Below, one piece after another: positions 1 through 8,469 of a stretch of 32,704 nt of DNA (the first letter of the stretch is position 1; every line of letters begins with the position of its first letter). Origin of the DNA: Gammaproteobacteria bacterium (GTDB taxonomy: Bacteria; Pseudomonadota; Gammaproteobacteria; UBA9214); the NCBI GenBank assembly GCA_049668345.1, contig JBATJF010000087.1, positions 1 to 32,704 on the forward strand. Direction: 5' to 3'. A program made the position numbers and the translations under genes. The notes below the pieces were generated by a model. That model did no database searches. It saw only the letters and a program-made list of their open reading frames with translations, and was not told the origin of the DNA.

Positions 1-2245
1 GGCTGGTATCCTCGACTTCTCCTACCAGCATCAGCGGATTGCCGTGCGCATCCCGCACCAGACCGGCACGTGCCCGCCCGGTGATGATGACACCGTCACG
101 CCGGATATAGCGTTTCTCCTGTTCATAGCTGTCGATGTCACCGCGCGCCAGGGCCTGAATTCTTGTCCTGGTTTCCTCCCGGTCATCGGGGTGGGTGATG
201 TCCTCGATAGTCATTCGGGTGAGTTCATCGGCGCTATAGCCAAGAATATTGCAGAAGGCCGGATTGACGCTGAGCAGACGGCCATCCAGCCCGGATGTCA
301 CTATGCCAATAGGGGCGTTTTCCAGCGTCAGGCGCAGTTGTTCCTCGCGCTCCCTGAGTTGCTCCTGTGCCTGCTGCCGTACCGTGATGTCCTCGCCGGA
401 ACTCAGTGTCGCGGAAATGTTGCCCTCCTCGTCGTACAGAATGGTGTTGTGCCAGGCGATCAGCCGTTCCTCGCCACTGTGGGTCATAACCGGATTCTGG
501 TAGTACTCGAGGAGTTCACCCTTCTGTGTCATCAGCTTCAGGAATAATTCCCTGATTTCCTCCCTGACATCAGCCGGTATGTAATTGTCAAACCAGTTCT
601 TGCCAATGATATCCGATTCGCTGGCGCCCAGCAGTTCACAGCCTTTTCTGTTGATCAGGCTGATCCGCTGATCGGCGTCAATAACCAGCATGATGACGCC
701 GGCGACATCGAGATAGCGCTGTGCGTTGTTTCTCTCCAGCTTGAGGGCCTGTTCAGTCTGCTGGCGGTAGATCTCGCTGCCGACCCATTGGCTCATCAGC
801 CGCAGGATTTCCACGTCGGCGGCCGTAAACCGGTCCTTGCGTGGCTGCGGGCTGGAAAAGTTGAGGGTTCCGTAGACCTCGCTGCCCGCGACCACCGGTA
901 TCCCGAGGTAGGTTTCCAGTTTGAATTCCCGGTAGCAGGGATGACTCTTCCAGTCCGATTGCGCGGCATGCTCAAAGCCGATGGGACCGTCGGCCCTGAG
1001 TGTTTCACGGCAATAGGTATTGCCAAGCTCAAGCACGGTGCCCGGGACGATGGATTCGTCGGGTGAGATGGCCTGAACGATCTCGTACTGGTCCTCATGG
1101 ATATGCGCGAGTATCCCGATCGGCAAATTGAATTGCCTGCAGCCGTTTTCAATCAATGCCCTGACCCTGTCGTGAAAGGGCAGGTTGTGCGCCGAGGTGA
1201 TTTCATGCAGCGCGCGCAGTGCTTCCTCGGTTTGCCTGCGCTCGGATATTTCCTTTTTCAGCGCCCGTTCTGCCCGGTGTCGTTCATTTATCTCCGATTC
1301 CAGCTGGGTGTTGATGGTCGATAATTGCTGGGTGCGGCTGGCGACGCGTTTTTCAAGCTGGTCGCGGGATTCGCGCAGCGCCCGCTCGGCGCTGCTGCGC
1401 CGCAGCTCTGCCTGCCTGATCAGCACGGCCATGACGCCGCTGAACAGAAGAAACACCATCAAGATCGTGATTGCCTTGCGTTGCAGCGATCTTTTGTTTG
1501 AGGCAAACAGATTGGCGGCAGGCAAATCGGCAAGCGTCCACAGGGTTCCTTCGACATCGGCCGAGAAACCGGTGCGTGCCAGCTCCTCGGGGCCCAGGGT
1601 GGTTTTACCCTTCAGATCTGAACGTGTGCCATCGGCTGTAACTTCAATAAGGCCCGGCTTGTCACGGTGCAGCAGGATGAGTTGGTGGTCGTGCAGCTGG
1701 CTGTTGGCAAGGATGCGTGCCAGGAGCGCCGGATCGAGGCTGATAAAGAAAATACCCCGGTCTCCGACCGTATCCTGCCAGTTGGCCATGATGTCAAAGT
1801 GATAGCCAAGCGGGTTGGGATGGATGAAAACCTCTTGATCTTCACCGGCGGCGAAGTGATTGATGTCAGTCTGGCACAGGTCGGCGACCTTGCCCTCGAG
1901 ATCATCCAGCAGCACCTCTCCCTGATCATTGGTGATGGTATAGGCGAAAAAGTCGGGGAAATGCCGTTTGACCCTGTCGCTAAACTGCTCCTGCAGTGCT
2001 TCCTCCGCCTGGTTCCGGGACAGTTTGCCGATGGTCTCGCCTTCCTCTTCGGCAAACAGGTCTACGCGTCGGCGGACCTCCCTGATATAGATTTCAATGA
2101 TACTGGCCGCACCCCGGGTGGATTGCTCCATCTGGACCTGCTGGCTGTTCAGGTAACCTACCTGGCTCCTGTCCACATACCCGAACAGGAAAAAGCCGAT
2201 CAGGATCAGCGTAACAATGATCAGAATCGAGGTGTAATTCTTCAT
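1..2245 (-). CDS. Membrane sensor protein, N-terminal part (TM, extracytoplasmic Cache-like region, TM, coiled coil, GAF, PAS, PAS); the output domain lies beyond the left window edge
   Basis: Absent from the ORF track because it has no stop inside the window. Manual minus-strand translation from ATG at 2245 (an in-frame TGA lies 7 codons upstream) stays open to position 1. It reads MKNYTSILIIVTLILIGFFLFGYV (TM1), ~230 aa, AITILMVFLLFSGVMAVLI (TM2), then a GAF-like block (ETYLGIPVVAGSEVYGTLNFSS). Two PAS S-box blocks follow (GKNWFDNYIP...LIAWHNTILYDEEGN; LENAPIGIVTSGLDGRLLSVNPAFCNILGYSADEL). The + ORFs 44-547, 1185-1802 and 1667-2284 are antisense shadows. Confidence 0.85.
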   Translation of the reverse strand, partial: MKNYTSILIIVTLILIGFFLFGYVDRSQVGYLNSQQVQMEQSTRGAASIIEIYIREVRRRVDLFAEEEGETIGKLSRNQAEEALQEQFSDRVKRHFPDFFAYTITNDQGEVLLDDLEGKVADLCQTDINHFAAGEDQEVFIHPNPLGYHFDIMANWQDTVGDRGIFFISLDPALLARILANSQLHDHQLILLHRDKPGLIEVTADGTRSDLKGKTTLGPEELARTGFSADVEGTLWTLADLPAANLFASNKRSLQRKAITILMVFLLFSGVMAVLIRQAELRRSSAERALRESRDQLEKRVASRTQQLSTINTQLESEINERHRAERALKKEISERRQTEEALRALHEITSAHNLPFHDRVRALIENGCRQFNLPIGILAHIHEDQYEIVQAISPDESIVPGTVLELGNTYCRETLRADGPIGFEHAAQSDWKSHPCYREFKLETYLGIPVVAGSEVYGTLNFSSPQPRKDRFTAADVEILRLMSQWVGSEIYRQQTEQALKLERNNAQRYLDVAGVIMLVIDADQRISLINRKGCELLGASESDIIGKNWFDNYIPADVREEIRELFLKLMTQKGELLEYYQNPVMTHSGEERLIAWHNTILYDEEGNISATLSSGEDITVRQQAQEQLREREEQLRLTLENAPIGIVTSGLDGRLLSVNPAFCNILGYSADELTRMTIEDITHPDDREETRTRIQALARGDIDSYEQEKRYIRRDGVIITGRARAGLVRDAHGNPLMLVGEVEDTS

Positions 2246-3056
2246 CGCAAGATTGCAGCCGCTTCAGAGGTGATGACGCTGTAACACCTTATAATTTTAA
2301 TGGAATTCTGATGAGTATAGCTATTGTAAGAAGTGTTTGGCCCATGAGTTGGCTTTACTTGCATGCAGGCTGGCATGGTCTTGATTGACAAGAGGTGATG
2401 ATAAACAGGCCGAATAATCCGCCTTTGCCATGCATCCCGGCTTATGAAGCACTACTGATTACTCATATTTTCCGGTGCCCCCGTATTTACGGTGTCCCCT
2501 GCTGCAGTTCCTTGAGCTGCCGTGATCCCTTGACTGTCGAACGCGGATGCCATTGCATCACCCTGAATGAACTGTAAAAAAGATTGTACTGGTCGGCATG
2601 GACCGGGTCGGTATCAGCCTGGCGCGGGCATGAGCGACATCCAACACCTCCATCAAGCCCGTGTTGCGGGTAGTGCCGGAATTCCAGCAACTGCTGGTAC
2701 TCTTCCTGACATGAGCCCAGGCGTATGGACAGCAGGGTTTCCTGTACAGGCAGACGGACATCACCACCGCAATATCCCCCTTATTCCCGTGGCTAATGAA
2801 TAACATACAACAACAACGCGGCAATCAACGCCGGATATACACCTGCGATCACAGGGTATAAAGGAAGCTTTCATCTGCTATACATATTTTTAACTTTCTA
2901 CAAACGCTGTTAAAGAAACTGTATGAGACTGATTACAGGATGGCGCGTTTCGATTGCTTGTCCATTCATTGGAAAGTTGAGGTTATACGGCACAGTAAAC
3001 TGGCCGCATTGTTAGCGGATACCTGCTGATTATCTGAATTCAAAAAAGGAGTGACC

Positions 3057-3392
3057 ATGATGATACCCGGTCGTGTACACACCATTGCAGACAACGGGTC
3101 TTTGACGATCAGGATCAGCGGCCCATTGGATCTGCTGCTGACCCTGGCGTTGAGAGAATCCTGCCATGATACCGGTGCAGCCTACCGTCGCTATATCGTG
3201 GACTTCCAGCAAGTCAGCGTCGTTCGTGATTCCGGCTTTGCGCTGCTGCTCATGCTGAAGCGCTGGGCAAACCAGGCCGGAGCCACATTGTATGCAATCA
3301 ATGGTAACAGCGAGTTGATGCACCGCTGCTTCTCGCTGGGTATCCAAATGGCCAGACGGGATGCCGGCAGAGTGTCAGCCTGCTCACGCTAA
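3057..3392 (+). CDS. STAS-domain protein (anti-sigma-factor-antagonist-like)
   Basis: ORF 3051-3392. AAGGAG at 3046-3051 sits 5 nt before ATG 3057. The sequence has STAS-like features: LTIRISGPLD...IVDFQQVSVVRDSGFALLLMLKRWANQAGATLYAING, including the D-S-G phosphorylatable-Ser context. Confidence 0.7.
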   Translation: MMIPGRVHTIADNGSLTIRISGPLDLLLTLALRESCHDTGAAYRRYIVDFQQVSVVRDSGFALLLMLKRWANQAGATLYAINGNSELMHRCFSLGIQMARRDAGRVSACSR

Positions 3393-3773
3393 CAGCTGCG
3401 GATTCTGGCCGAATTACAACATTCCGCAAGCAAGTCCGGGCAAGCACTGCCCGTTGCTGTAGCCGGAAAGCAGAAAGAATCAGTCCGGGTACATACTCAC
3501 GGCCATGCCTGTGGATTCGATAGACCTGTTCTATGCGGAGGGCTGCCAGCATAGCGCTGTGTTTTCACGCCGGGTGTAAACAGGCGACTACTACCTTCAC
3601 TGTCTGACTCATTGCGTTAGTGCCGCAAGGTATCTTTCTGTGTGAGGGCGAGGCTTGCAGGGAATCCGGAAGCAGATGATGCAGCATTATCAGCCCCGCT
3701 TTAACGAGTTTATGCCTGCAGATATCCTCCCCTGGTTGGATTCCGGTCTGGATTGTGAGGCCCCTGCATGAAT

Positions 3774-3793
3774 GAGGCTCCCGAAGGAGCCTC
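3774..3793 (+). terminator. Rho-independent-type hairpin GAGGCTCC-CGAA-GGAGCCTC followed by a T-rich tract on the + strand
   Basis: Perfect 8-bp GC-rich stem with a tetraloop, then TTTAATATTATGAATTTATTTATATAT. It lies between the STAS/small-ORF region and the 3' end of the minus-strand tRNA, so it may also serve the tRNA. On the minus strand the trailing tract is poor in T. Confidence 0.5.
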
Positions 3794-3820
3794 TTTAATA
3801 TTATGAATTTATTTATATAT

Positions 3821-3895
3821 TGGTGGGCGATACTGGGATTGAACCAGTGACCCCTGCCGTGTGAAGGCAGTGCTCTCCCGCTGAGCTAATCGCCC
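3821..3895 (-). tRNA. tRNA-Val (anticodon CAC), CCA encoded
   Basis: The reverse complement is GGGCGATTAGCTCAGCGGGAGAGCACTGCCTTCACACGGCAGGGGTCACTGGTTCAATCCCAGTATCGCCCACCA. It folds as a cloverleaf: acceptor GGGCGAT/ATCGCCC, D arm GCTC/GAGC, anticodon stem CTGCC/GGCAG with loop TTCACAC, and T arm ACTGG-TTCAATC-CCAGT. Confidence 0.93.
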
Positions 3896-3913
3896 GTATC
3901 AATGCGAGTCGAT

Positions 3914-3942
3914 AGGGTATTGGTTTAGTCAGGCTCGGTCAA
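3914..3942 (-). promoter_or_regulatory. Possible sigma70 promoter for tRNA-Val: TTGACC (-35), 17 nt, TACCCT (-10)
   Basis: On the minus strand TTGACC is at 3942-3937 and TACCCT at 3919-3914, with a 17-nt spacer, about 18 nt upstream of the tRNA 5' end. The -10 hexamer is weak. Confidence 0.3.
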
Positions 3943-4020
3943 TCACCGGCACGGACAGGCTGCGTCCGGTCTGCCAGTTTGCCGCTCCCGCGTCCCAATT
4001 TGCACAGACTTTCCTGTAAC

Positions 4021-4776
4021 ATGCGGGCCACCGCAACCCTGCTTCCGAAAGCCATGCGCCACAGCCAGCTGACAACAGAAACGCGCAGTGATGCACGCCA
4101 GTGCCTGCGGCGCTGTGTGCTGTTCTCGAAGCTGCCCGATGCGCAGTTCGAGCGCATCCTGGAGCATACCCGCGCAGTAGCGCTCGACGAGGGCGATGTG
4201 CTGTTCGAGCAGCACCAGCCGGCGAAGGAGGTCTTCCTGTTGCGCAGCGGACAGGTGAAACTCGCGCTGGTGTCTCCCGAGGGCCATGAGAAGGTCATCG
4301 ACCTGATCTCGCCCGGCGGTTCCTTTGCCGAGGCCATCATGTTTTCCGGCACCCGTGTCTACCCGGTTACGGCCACGGCACTGGTCAGCAGCAGCGTCTG
4401 GGGGGTCAACGCGGGGACCTACGAGGACATCCTGCGGGTATCGACCGATGCCTGTTTCGCGGTGCTGGCGCAGATGAGCCGGCGCCTGCACTGGCAGATC
4501 GCCGAGATCGACCGCCTGACCCTGCACAATGCCGCCTTCCGGGTGATCGCCTATCTGCTGGACCAGGTGCCCAGCACCGACCTGGACGCCAGCGTGATCC
4601 ACCTGGATACGCCCAAGCATGTCATTGCCTCGCGCCTGTCCATCACGCCGGAAACCCTGTCGCGTACCTTCGCCAGGCTGGGCCGGGACGGTTATCTGCA
4701 GATCGAGGACAACGCGGTACGCATACAGGACATCGAGAAACTGCGTACCTACATACGCAACGGCGGTGTCGTCTAG
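4021..4776 (+). CDS. Crp/Fnr-family transcription factor, DNR/NnrR-like (no FNR-type N-terminal Cys cluster)
   Basis: ORF 3979-4776. It has a cNMP-binding-like beta-roll (LFSKLPDAQFERILEHTRAVALDEGDVLFEQHQPAKEVFLLRSGQVKL). The C-terminal HTH is HVIASRLSITPETLSRTFARLGRDGYL, with the FNR-class E-x-x-S-R recognition motif. The start is uncertain (TTG 3979, ATG 4021 or ATG 4054). Confidence 0.85.
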   Translation: MRATATLLPKAMRHSQLTTETRSDARQCLRRCVLFSKLPDAQFERILEHTRAVALDEGDVLFEQHQPAKEVFLLRSGQVKLALVSPEGHEKVIDLISPGGSFAEAIMFSGTRVYPVTATALVSSSVWGVNAGTYEDILRVSTDACFAVLAQMSRRLHWQIAEIDRLTLHNAAFRVIAYLLDQVPSTDLDASVIHLDTPKHVIASRLSITPETLSRTFARLGRDGYLQIEDNAVRIQDIEKLRTYIRNGGVV

Positions 4777-4880
4777 ATAAAAATGCCTGCGCGACTAATG
4801 AAGACGAAGCTGGCGATCCGGATTTACAGTGTTTCGCTGACGACCAGGACCACACGGTCGCCAGCATGCACATCGACAGG

Positions 4881-5855
4881 TTATGAGGATGTCCGGCTTC
4901 TGGTGGGCGTCACCAGATGGTTGAGATTGACCAGTGACAGTAACAGCATTGCACCGATGCCGTTGTGAGCTGTCACCAGGAGCAGGGGCAGTTCGGCGAG
5001 TACTGCTGAAATACCCAATGCCGCCTGTAAAACCAGAAAGCCGAGTATGCTCACAGCCGTGTTACGCAGGCGGTCCTGTTTCCAGGCCCGGATGGCCAGC
5101 CATCCAAGGTACAGAAGCGTCAACATGGCGCCAAAGCGGTGTGCCATGTGTACGGTTCTCTGTATGCTGCCGGTAACGATCCTGCCCTGCTCATCCACGC
5201 CAAGCCTGTCGAACAGGTTGAATCCCTGCATGAGGTTGGTGAAAGATGCCCAGTCGCCGTTGCAGCCGGGCAGCACTGAGCAGGACGGTCCGGCAAAATC
5301 AGCACTGACCACTGCACCCAGGGCAATCTGTCCGGCCACGACCAGCAGGCCCAGCCGTGCCCAGGGTCTTAGTGTCGATGCGGCGTCGTCAGCGGCGTCT
5401 ATGGTTTCCACCGAACGCTGGCCAATCCACCACAGCAGGGCGAGCATCGTCATGCCGCCGAAAAGGTTACCGAACGTGACGGCAGGTATGTCCGGTGACG
5501 GCGTACTGTATCCCAGTACCGAGAGAAACACAGTCAGGGCAAGGACTGAAAGCGGTGCGAGAAGACCAACACCGGCCGGGCGACGTCCACGCAGGGCCAG
5601 GAGCGTGATAGCCAGAATAATCACGCCCAGCAGGCTGGCCGTGAACCGGTGAACCGCACCTGCCGTGGTGCGAGGTACCAGTCCATGATCCCGGGTCGCG
5701 GGCAGCTGTCCGAAACAGCCCGGCCATTCTTCGCAACCGAGGCCAATGCTTTCAAGACGCAGGTAGGCGCTCAACAGCACAGCCGCCAGTGTCAGTACCA
5801 GTGCCACAAACACAAGCAAGGTGAAAAGGCTGCCAGATTGTGTCCTGTCATTCAT
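4881..5855 (-). CDS. ctaA: Heme A synthase (COX15/CtaA family)
   Basis: 324-aa polytopic membrane protein. It carries the CtaA-type periplasmic Cys pair motif GLGCEEWPGCFG and a second pair (GPSCSVLPGC). Conserved His-containing helices are present (AVHRFTASL, HMAHRFGAM, TAHNGIGAM). Confidence 0.8.
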   Translation of the reverse strand: MNDRTQSGSLFTLLVFVALVLTLAAVLLSAYLRLESIGLGCEEWPGCFGQLPATRDHGLVPRTTAGAVHRFTASLLGVIILAITLLALRGRRPAGVGLLAPLSVLALTVFLSVLGYSTPSPDIPAVTFGNLFGGMTMLALLWWIGQRSVETIDAADDAASTLRPWARLGLLVVAGQIALGAVVSADFAGPSCSVLPGCNGDWASFTNLMQGFNLFDRLGVDEQGRIVTGSIQRTVHMAHRFGAMLTLLYLGWLAIRAWKQDRLRNTAVSILGFLVLQAALGISAVLAELPLLLVTAHNGIGAMLLLSLVNLNHLVTPTRSRTSS

Positions 5856-6054
5856 GGGCCGGGCTTCGTCGCTGTGGGAGTGCCGTAATTACAAGGGGCT
5901 GCGGGCACGGGATTCCTGTTATTACACTGGCTGGACAAGATTGTCAAAAAGCAGGCTGGTAGTTTTATTTTCTAATCGTTATAGTCTCTTACAGCGCGAA
6001 AGGCAGTGTTTTTTCACCTGTCGGTTTTCCTTCGATTGGGTAGTCAATGCGGTG

Positions 6055-7428
6055 ATGCATGAAGAATACGTTTTAGACGTACCTGCTGGCAACCGTCGTC
6101 AGCTGGGCAAAGGCTGGCTGTGGCTGGGAATCATGGCGTTGCTGGGTTCGGGTCTGTTTTCCCTGCTGCTGGTGCTGTCACGTACACCCTACATCCAGGA
6201 CAGCATTCCATGGATTGACTTTTTCCATACGGCACTGGTTGTGCACGTGGACCTGTCGGTGCTGGTGTGGTTTCTGGCGTTTGGCGGCGTACTGTGGACC
6301 CTGAATTCCACCCCGCGTTTCATGTATCTCGGATGGGCAGCGCTGCTGCTGGCCGGACTGGGCGCCGCGCTCATGGTCGTGGCGCCGTTCCTCGGTCCGG
6401 GTAATCCGCTGATGAGCAACTATATCCCGGTATTGCAGACACCGCTCTTTACCGTGGCATTGCTGGGATTCGGCTTTGGAATAACCTTGCTGGTCCTGCG
6501 CGGCATGATCGCCAACCCGCTGGTTGGTTTGCGTATGGAAGGCGCGGGCGCATTGCGCTTTGGTTTGAATACCGCTGCCGTGTCGGCCGTTATGGCGGTG
6601 TTCGCCTTTACCTGGTCGTATCTGGCGATACCCGACACCATCACGGGTAACTACTATTTCGAGTTGCTGTTCTGGGGTGGCGGTCATATGCTGCAATTCA
6701 CCTACACCCTGCTTATGCTGGTGGCCTGGCTCTGGCTGGCATCCGCCTCCGGCGTACATCTGCCGCTGAGTCCGCGGGTGGTATTGGTGTTGTTTGTTTT
6801 CGGGCTAATGGCCGTGTTTATGGCGCCACTGATTTACTATGCCCATCCGGTTCTCTCGGCTGAACATATCAAGCTGTTTACCTGGCTCATGGCCTATGGT
6901 GGCAGTCTGGCGCCCGTGCCACTGGGTCTGGCGGTCTTTTACGGCCTGTTGCGCAGTGCCTCCGCATCCGCATTGCAGCTTCCCTTGCGCTCGGCCCTGT
7001 GGTGCTCGATGATCCTGTTCGGAATCGGCGGTGGTATCGGTTTTATGATCCAGGACAGCAATGTCACCATCCCCGCGCACTATCATGGTTCCATCGTCGG
7101 CGTCACACTGGCCTTCATGGGTTTGACATATCATCTCTTGCCACGCCTGGGATACGCCCGGCCGAACATGAGGTGGGCCGCCATACAGCCTTACGTGTAT
7201 GGCGGTGGTCAGCTGTTGCATGTTCTGGGGCTGGCGTGGTCGGGCGGCTACGGCGTGCAGCGGAAAGTGGCGGGTACGGAGCAGGCTCTTGACGGCCTGG
7301 AAAAGATTCTGGCGATGGGGCTGATGGGCTTTGGCGGGCTGGTTGCTATCATCGGCGGTCTTGTTTTCCTGGTGGTGGTGCTGGCGGCCATGACCAGGGG
7401 GCCACAGTCACAGCAGGGTGCGGCTTGA
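6055..7428 (+). CDS. Divergent heme-copper oxidase subunit-I-like membrane protein lacking the His-His CuB pair
   Basis: ORF 5821-7428. The likely start is ATG 6055, because the upstream 78 codons are Arg/Cys-rich and overlap the divergent ctaA promoter region. It is a ~12-TM protein with HCO-like motifs: FFHTALVVH (helix II), LFWGGGHMLQF (helix VI), TIPAHYHGSIVG (helix X H-x-H heme ligands). The helix VII equivalent reads YYAHPVLS instead of AHH. There is no HH dipeptide anywhere in the ORF. Confidence 0.75.
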   Translation: MHEEYVLDVPAGNRRQLGKGWLWLGIMALLGSGLFSLLLVLSRTPYIQDSIPWIDFFHTALVVHVDLSVLVWFLAFGGVLWTLNSTPRFMYLGWAALLLAGLGAALMVVAPFLGPGNPLMSNYIPVLQTPLFTVALLGFGFGITLLVLRGMIANPLVGLRMEGAGALRFGLNTAAVSAVMAVFAFTWSYLAIPDTITGNYYFELLFWGGGHMLQFTYTLLMLVAWLWLASASGVHLPLSPRVVLVLFVFGLMAVFMAPLIYYAHPVLSAEHIKLFTWLMAYGGSLAPVPLGLAVFYGLLRSASASALQLPLRSALWCSMILFGIGGGIGFMIQDSNVTIPAHYHGSIVGVTLAFMGLTYHLLPRLGYARPNMRWAAIQPYVYGGGQLLHVLGLAWSGGYGVQRKVAGTEQALDGLEKILAMGLMGFGGLVAIIGGLVFLVVVLAAMTRGPQSQQGAA

Positions 7429-7454
7429 TACGCCCGGGGATCAATGCAGCGTCA

Positions 7455-7820
7455 ATGAATCTGCCGTGCAGCCGACGGACAGGATTTGCCCTGCTCGCAC
7501 TGCCGCTGGTCTTCATACTGGCCGGAGTGCCACCGAGCGAAGCGGATCTCCCGGGCCCGCAACCATCACCAGCCCTGCACAGCTCACCAACGGTGACTGA
7601 AGCCGGCGCGAATATCGCCGGTGCTGTTGCGGGCCTGACTGCGCCTGCCGCGGGCGCTTCGGTAACGAAATTTCCCGCTCCGGTGGCGAAAGAAACGCCA
7701 GTCAATGACGAACGCGAGGATTTGACGGCGTTCTTTTTCATCGGTGCGGTAATTGACGTGCTGCTGGTGGCGGCCTTCCTGATCTGGGCCGTCGGACAGT
7801 GGCGCAAGGCGAATAAATAG
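7455..7820 (+). CDS. Hypothetical secreted, C-terminally membrane-anchored Pro/Ala-rich protein
   Basis: ORF 7425-7820; TTG 7425 overlaps the upstream stop as TTGA. ATG 7455 gives a signal-peptide-like N-terminus (MNLPCSRRTGFALLALPLVFILAGV). The C-terminal TM is FFFIGAVIDVLLVAAFLIWAV. Confidence 0.5.
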   Translation: MNLPCSRRTGFALLALPLVFILAGVPPSEADLPGPQPSPALHSSPTVTEAGANIAGAVAGLTAPAAGASVTKFPAPVAKETPVNDEREDLTAFFFIGAVIDVLLVAAFLIWAVGQWRKANK

Positions 7821-7833
7821 GAGCTTGAGACCG

Positions 7834-8469
7834 ATGTCTGAAACTACACCCAGGCCGTACGGAACACTGCTGATTTTCCTTTTCCTGTGCCTGCTGCTGG
7901 CAGCGGTTTACTACTGGATGCTGCCTGGCAAGTCGGTTCCGGATGAACTCCAGGGCGTGCTCCGCCCCGGGCCGACTCAATTGCAGGCGTTCGAGCTGAT
8001 CGATCAAAACCGGCAGCCCTTTGGCCTGGAACGCCTGAAAGGGAAGTGGAGTCTGGTTTTCTTCGGCTATACATCCTGCCCTGACATCTGTCCAACGACA
8101 CTCTCGACCCTGAACGGGGTGGTCAAGAAACTGCGAGCCGATCCGCAGGGGCTTGCCGGCATGCAGGTCGTATTCGTTACCGTGGATCCCCGGCGCGACA
8201 CAGCGGATGTCATAGACGGCTACCTGAAGTACTTCAATGAAGCCTTCCTGGGTGTCACCGGCGCGCAGCAGGATATCGACAGCCTGGCCCGGCAGTTCGG
8301 CGCCGGCTACGTAACCGAGCCGGAAACCGTCGCTGGTCAATACCTGGTCAGCCACACCAGTTCGATTTTCCTGGTCGATCCGCGCGGACGCCTGCTTGCC
8401 GCATTTTCCCCGCCGCATGACCCCGGCACCATTGCCGACCAGTTTCGGCAGATTCGTGCGCTTTTCTGA
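7834..8469 (+). CDS. SCO1/SenC-family copper chaperone (thioredoxin fold)
   Basis: AGGAG at 7819-7823 precedes ATG 7834. There is an N-terminal TM. The SCO motifs are WSLVFFGYTSCPDICPTT (C-x3-C), VVFVTVDPRRD and YLVSHTSSIFLVDPRGRL (Cu-ligand His). Confidence 0.88.
   Translation: MSETTPRPYGTLLIFLFLCLLLAAVYYWMLPGKSVPDELQGVLRPGPTQLQAFELIDQNRQPFGLERLKGKWSLVFFGYTSCPDICPTTLSTLNGVVKKLRADPQGLAGMQVVFVTVDPRRDTADVIDGYLKYFNEAFLGVTGAQQDIDSLARQFGAGYVTEPETVAGQYLVSHTSSIFLVDPRGRLLAAFSPPHDPGTIADQFRQIRALF

Noticed and set aside
44-2284. Plus-strand ORFs 44-547, 249-503, 788-1066, 1097-1324, 1185-1802 and 1667-2284
   Set aside because: They lie antisense to a continuous, motif-rich minus-strand reading frame (sensor protein, 1-2245). 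Their translations are Arg/Ser/Cys- or Gly/Asp-rich shadow-ORF sequences with no motifs.
2375-2392. TTGATTGACAA near 2380 as a fourth FNR/DNR box upstream of the sensor gene
   Set aside because: Only one half-site is present; with N4 spacing the second half reads AAGAG, not ATCAA.
2487-2824. Possible relic of a DDE/rve integrase C-terminus on the minus strand (frame reads GSCQEEYQQLLEFRHYPQHGLDGGVG, vaguely like W..YN..RPH..LGG.TP)
   Set aside because: The resemblance is short and degenerate and the frame is broken. No inverted repeats or target duplications are visible. It cannot be supported without a homology search.
3943-4620. 225-aa minus-strand ORF (and 3939-4352) opposite the Crp/Fnr regulator
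   Set aside because: It is antisense to a CDS with a clear cNMP-binding and HTH architecture and has no motifs of its own.
4021-4776. Calling the Crp/Fnr regulator a classical O2-sensing FNR
   Set aside because: The N-terminus has only C-x3-C (ARQCLRRC), not the four-Cys [4Fe-4S] ligand pattern of FNR. It is therefore called DNR/NnrR-like. The actual signal cannot be determined from sequence.
5821-6054. Upstream 78 codons of ORF 5821-7428
   Set aside because: This part overlaps the ctaA start and the divergent promoter region. It translates to a Cys/Arg/Ser-rich sequence without hydrophobic segments. The HCO-like homology begins after ATG 6055.
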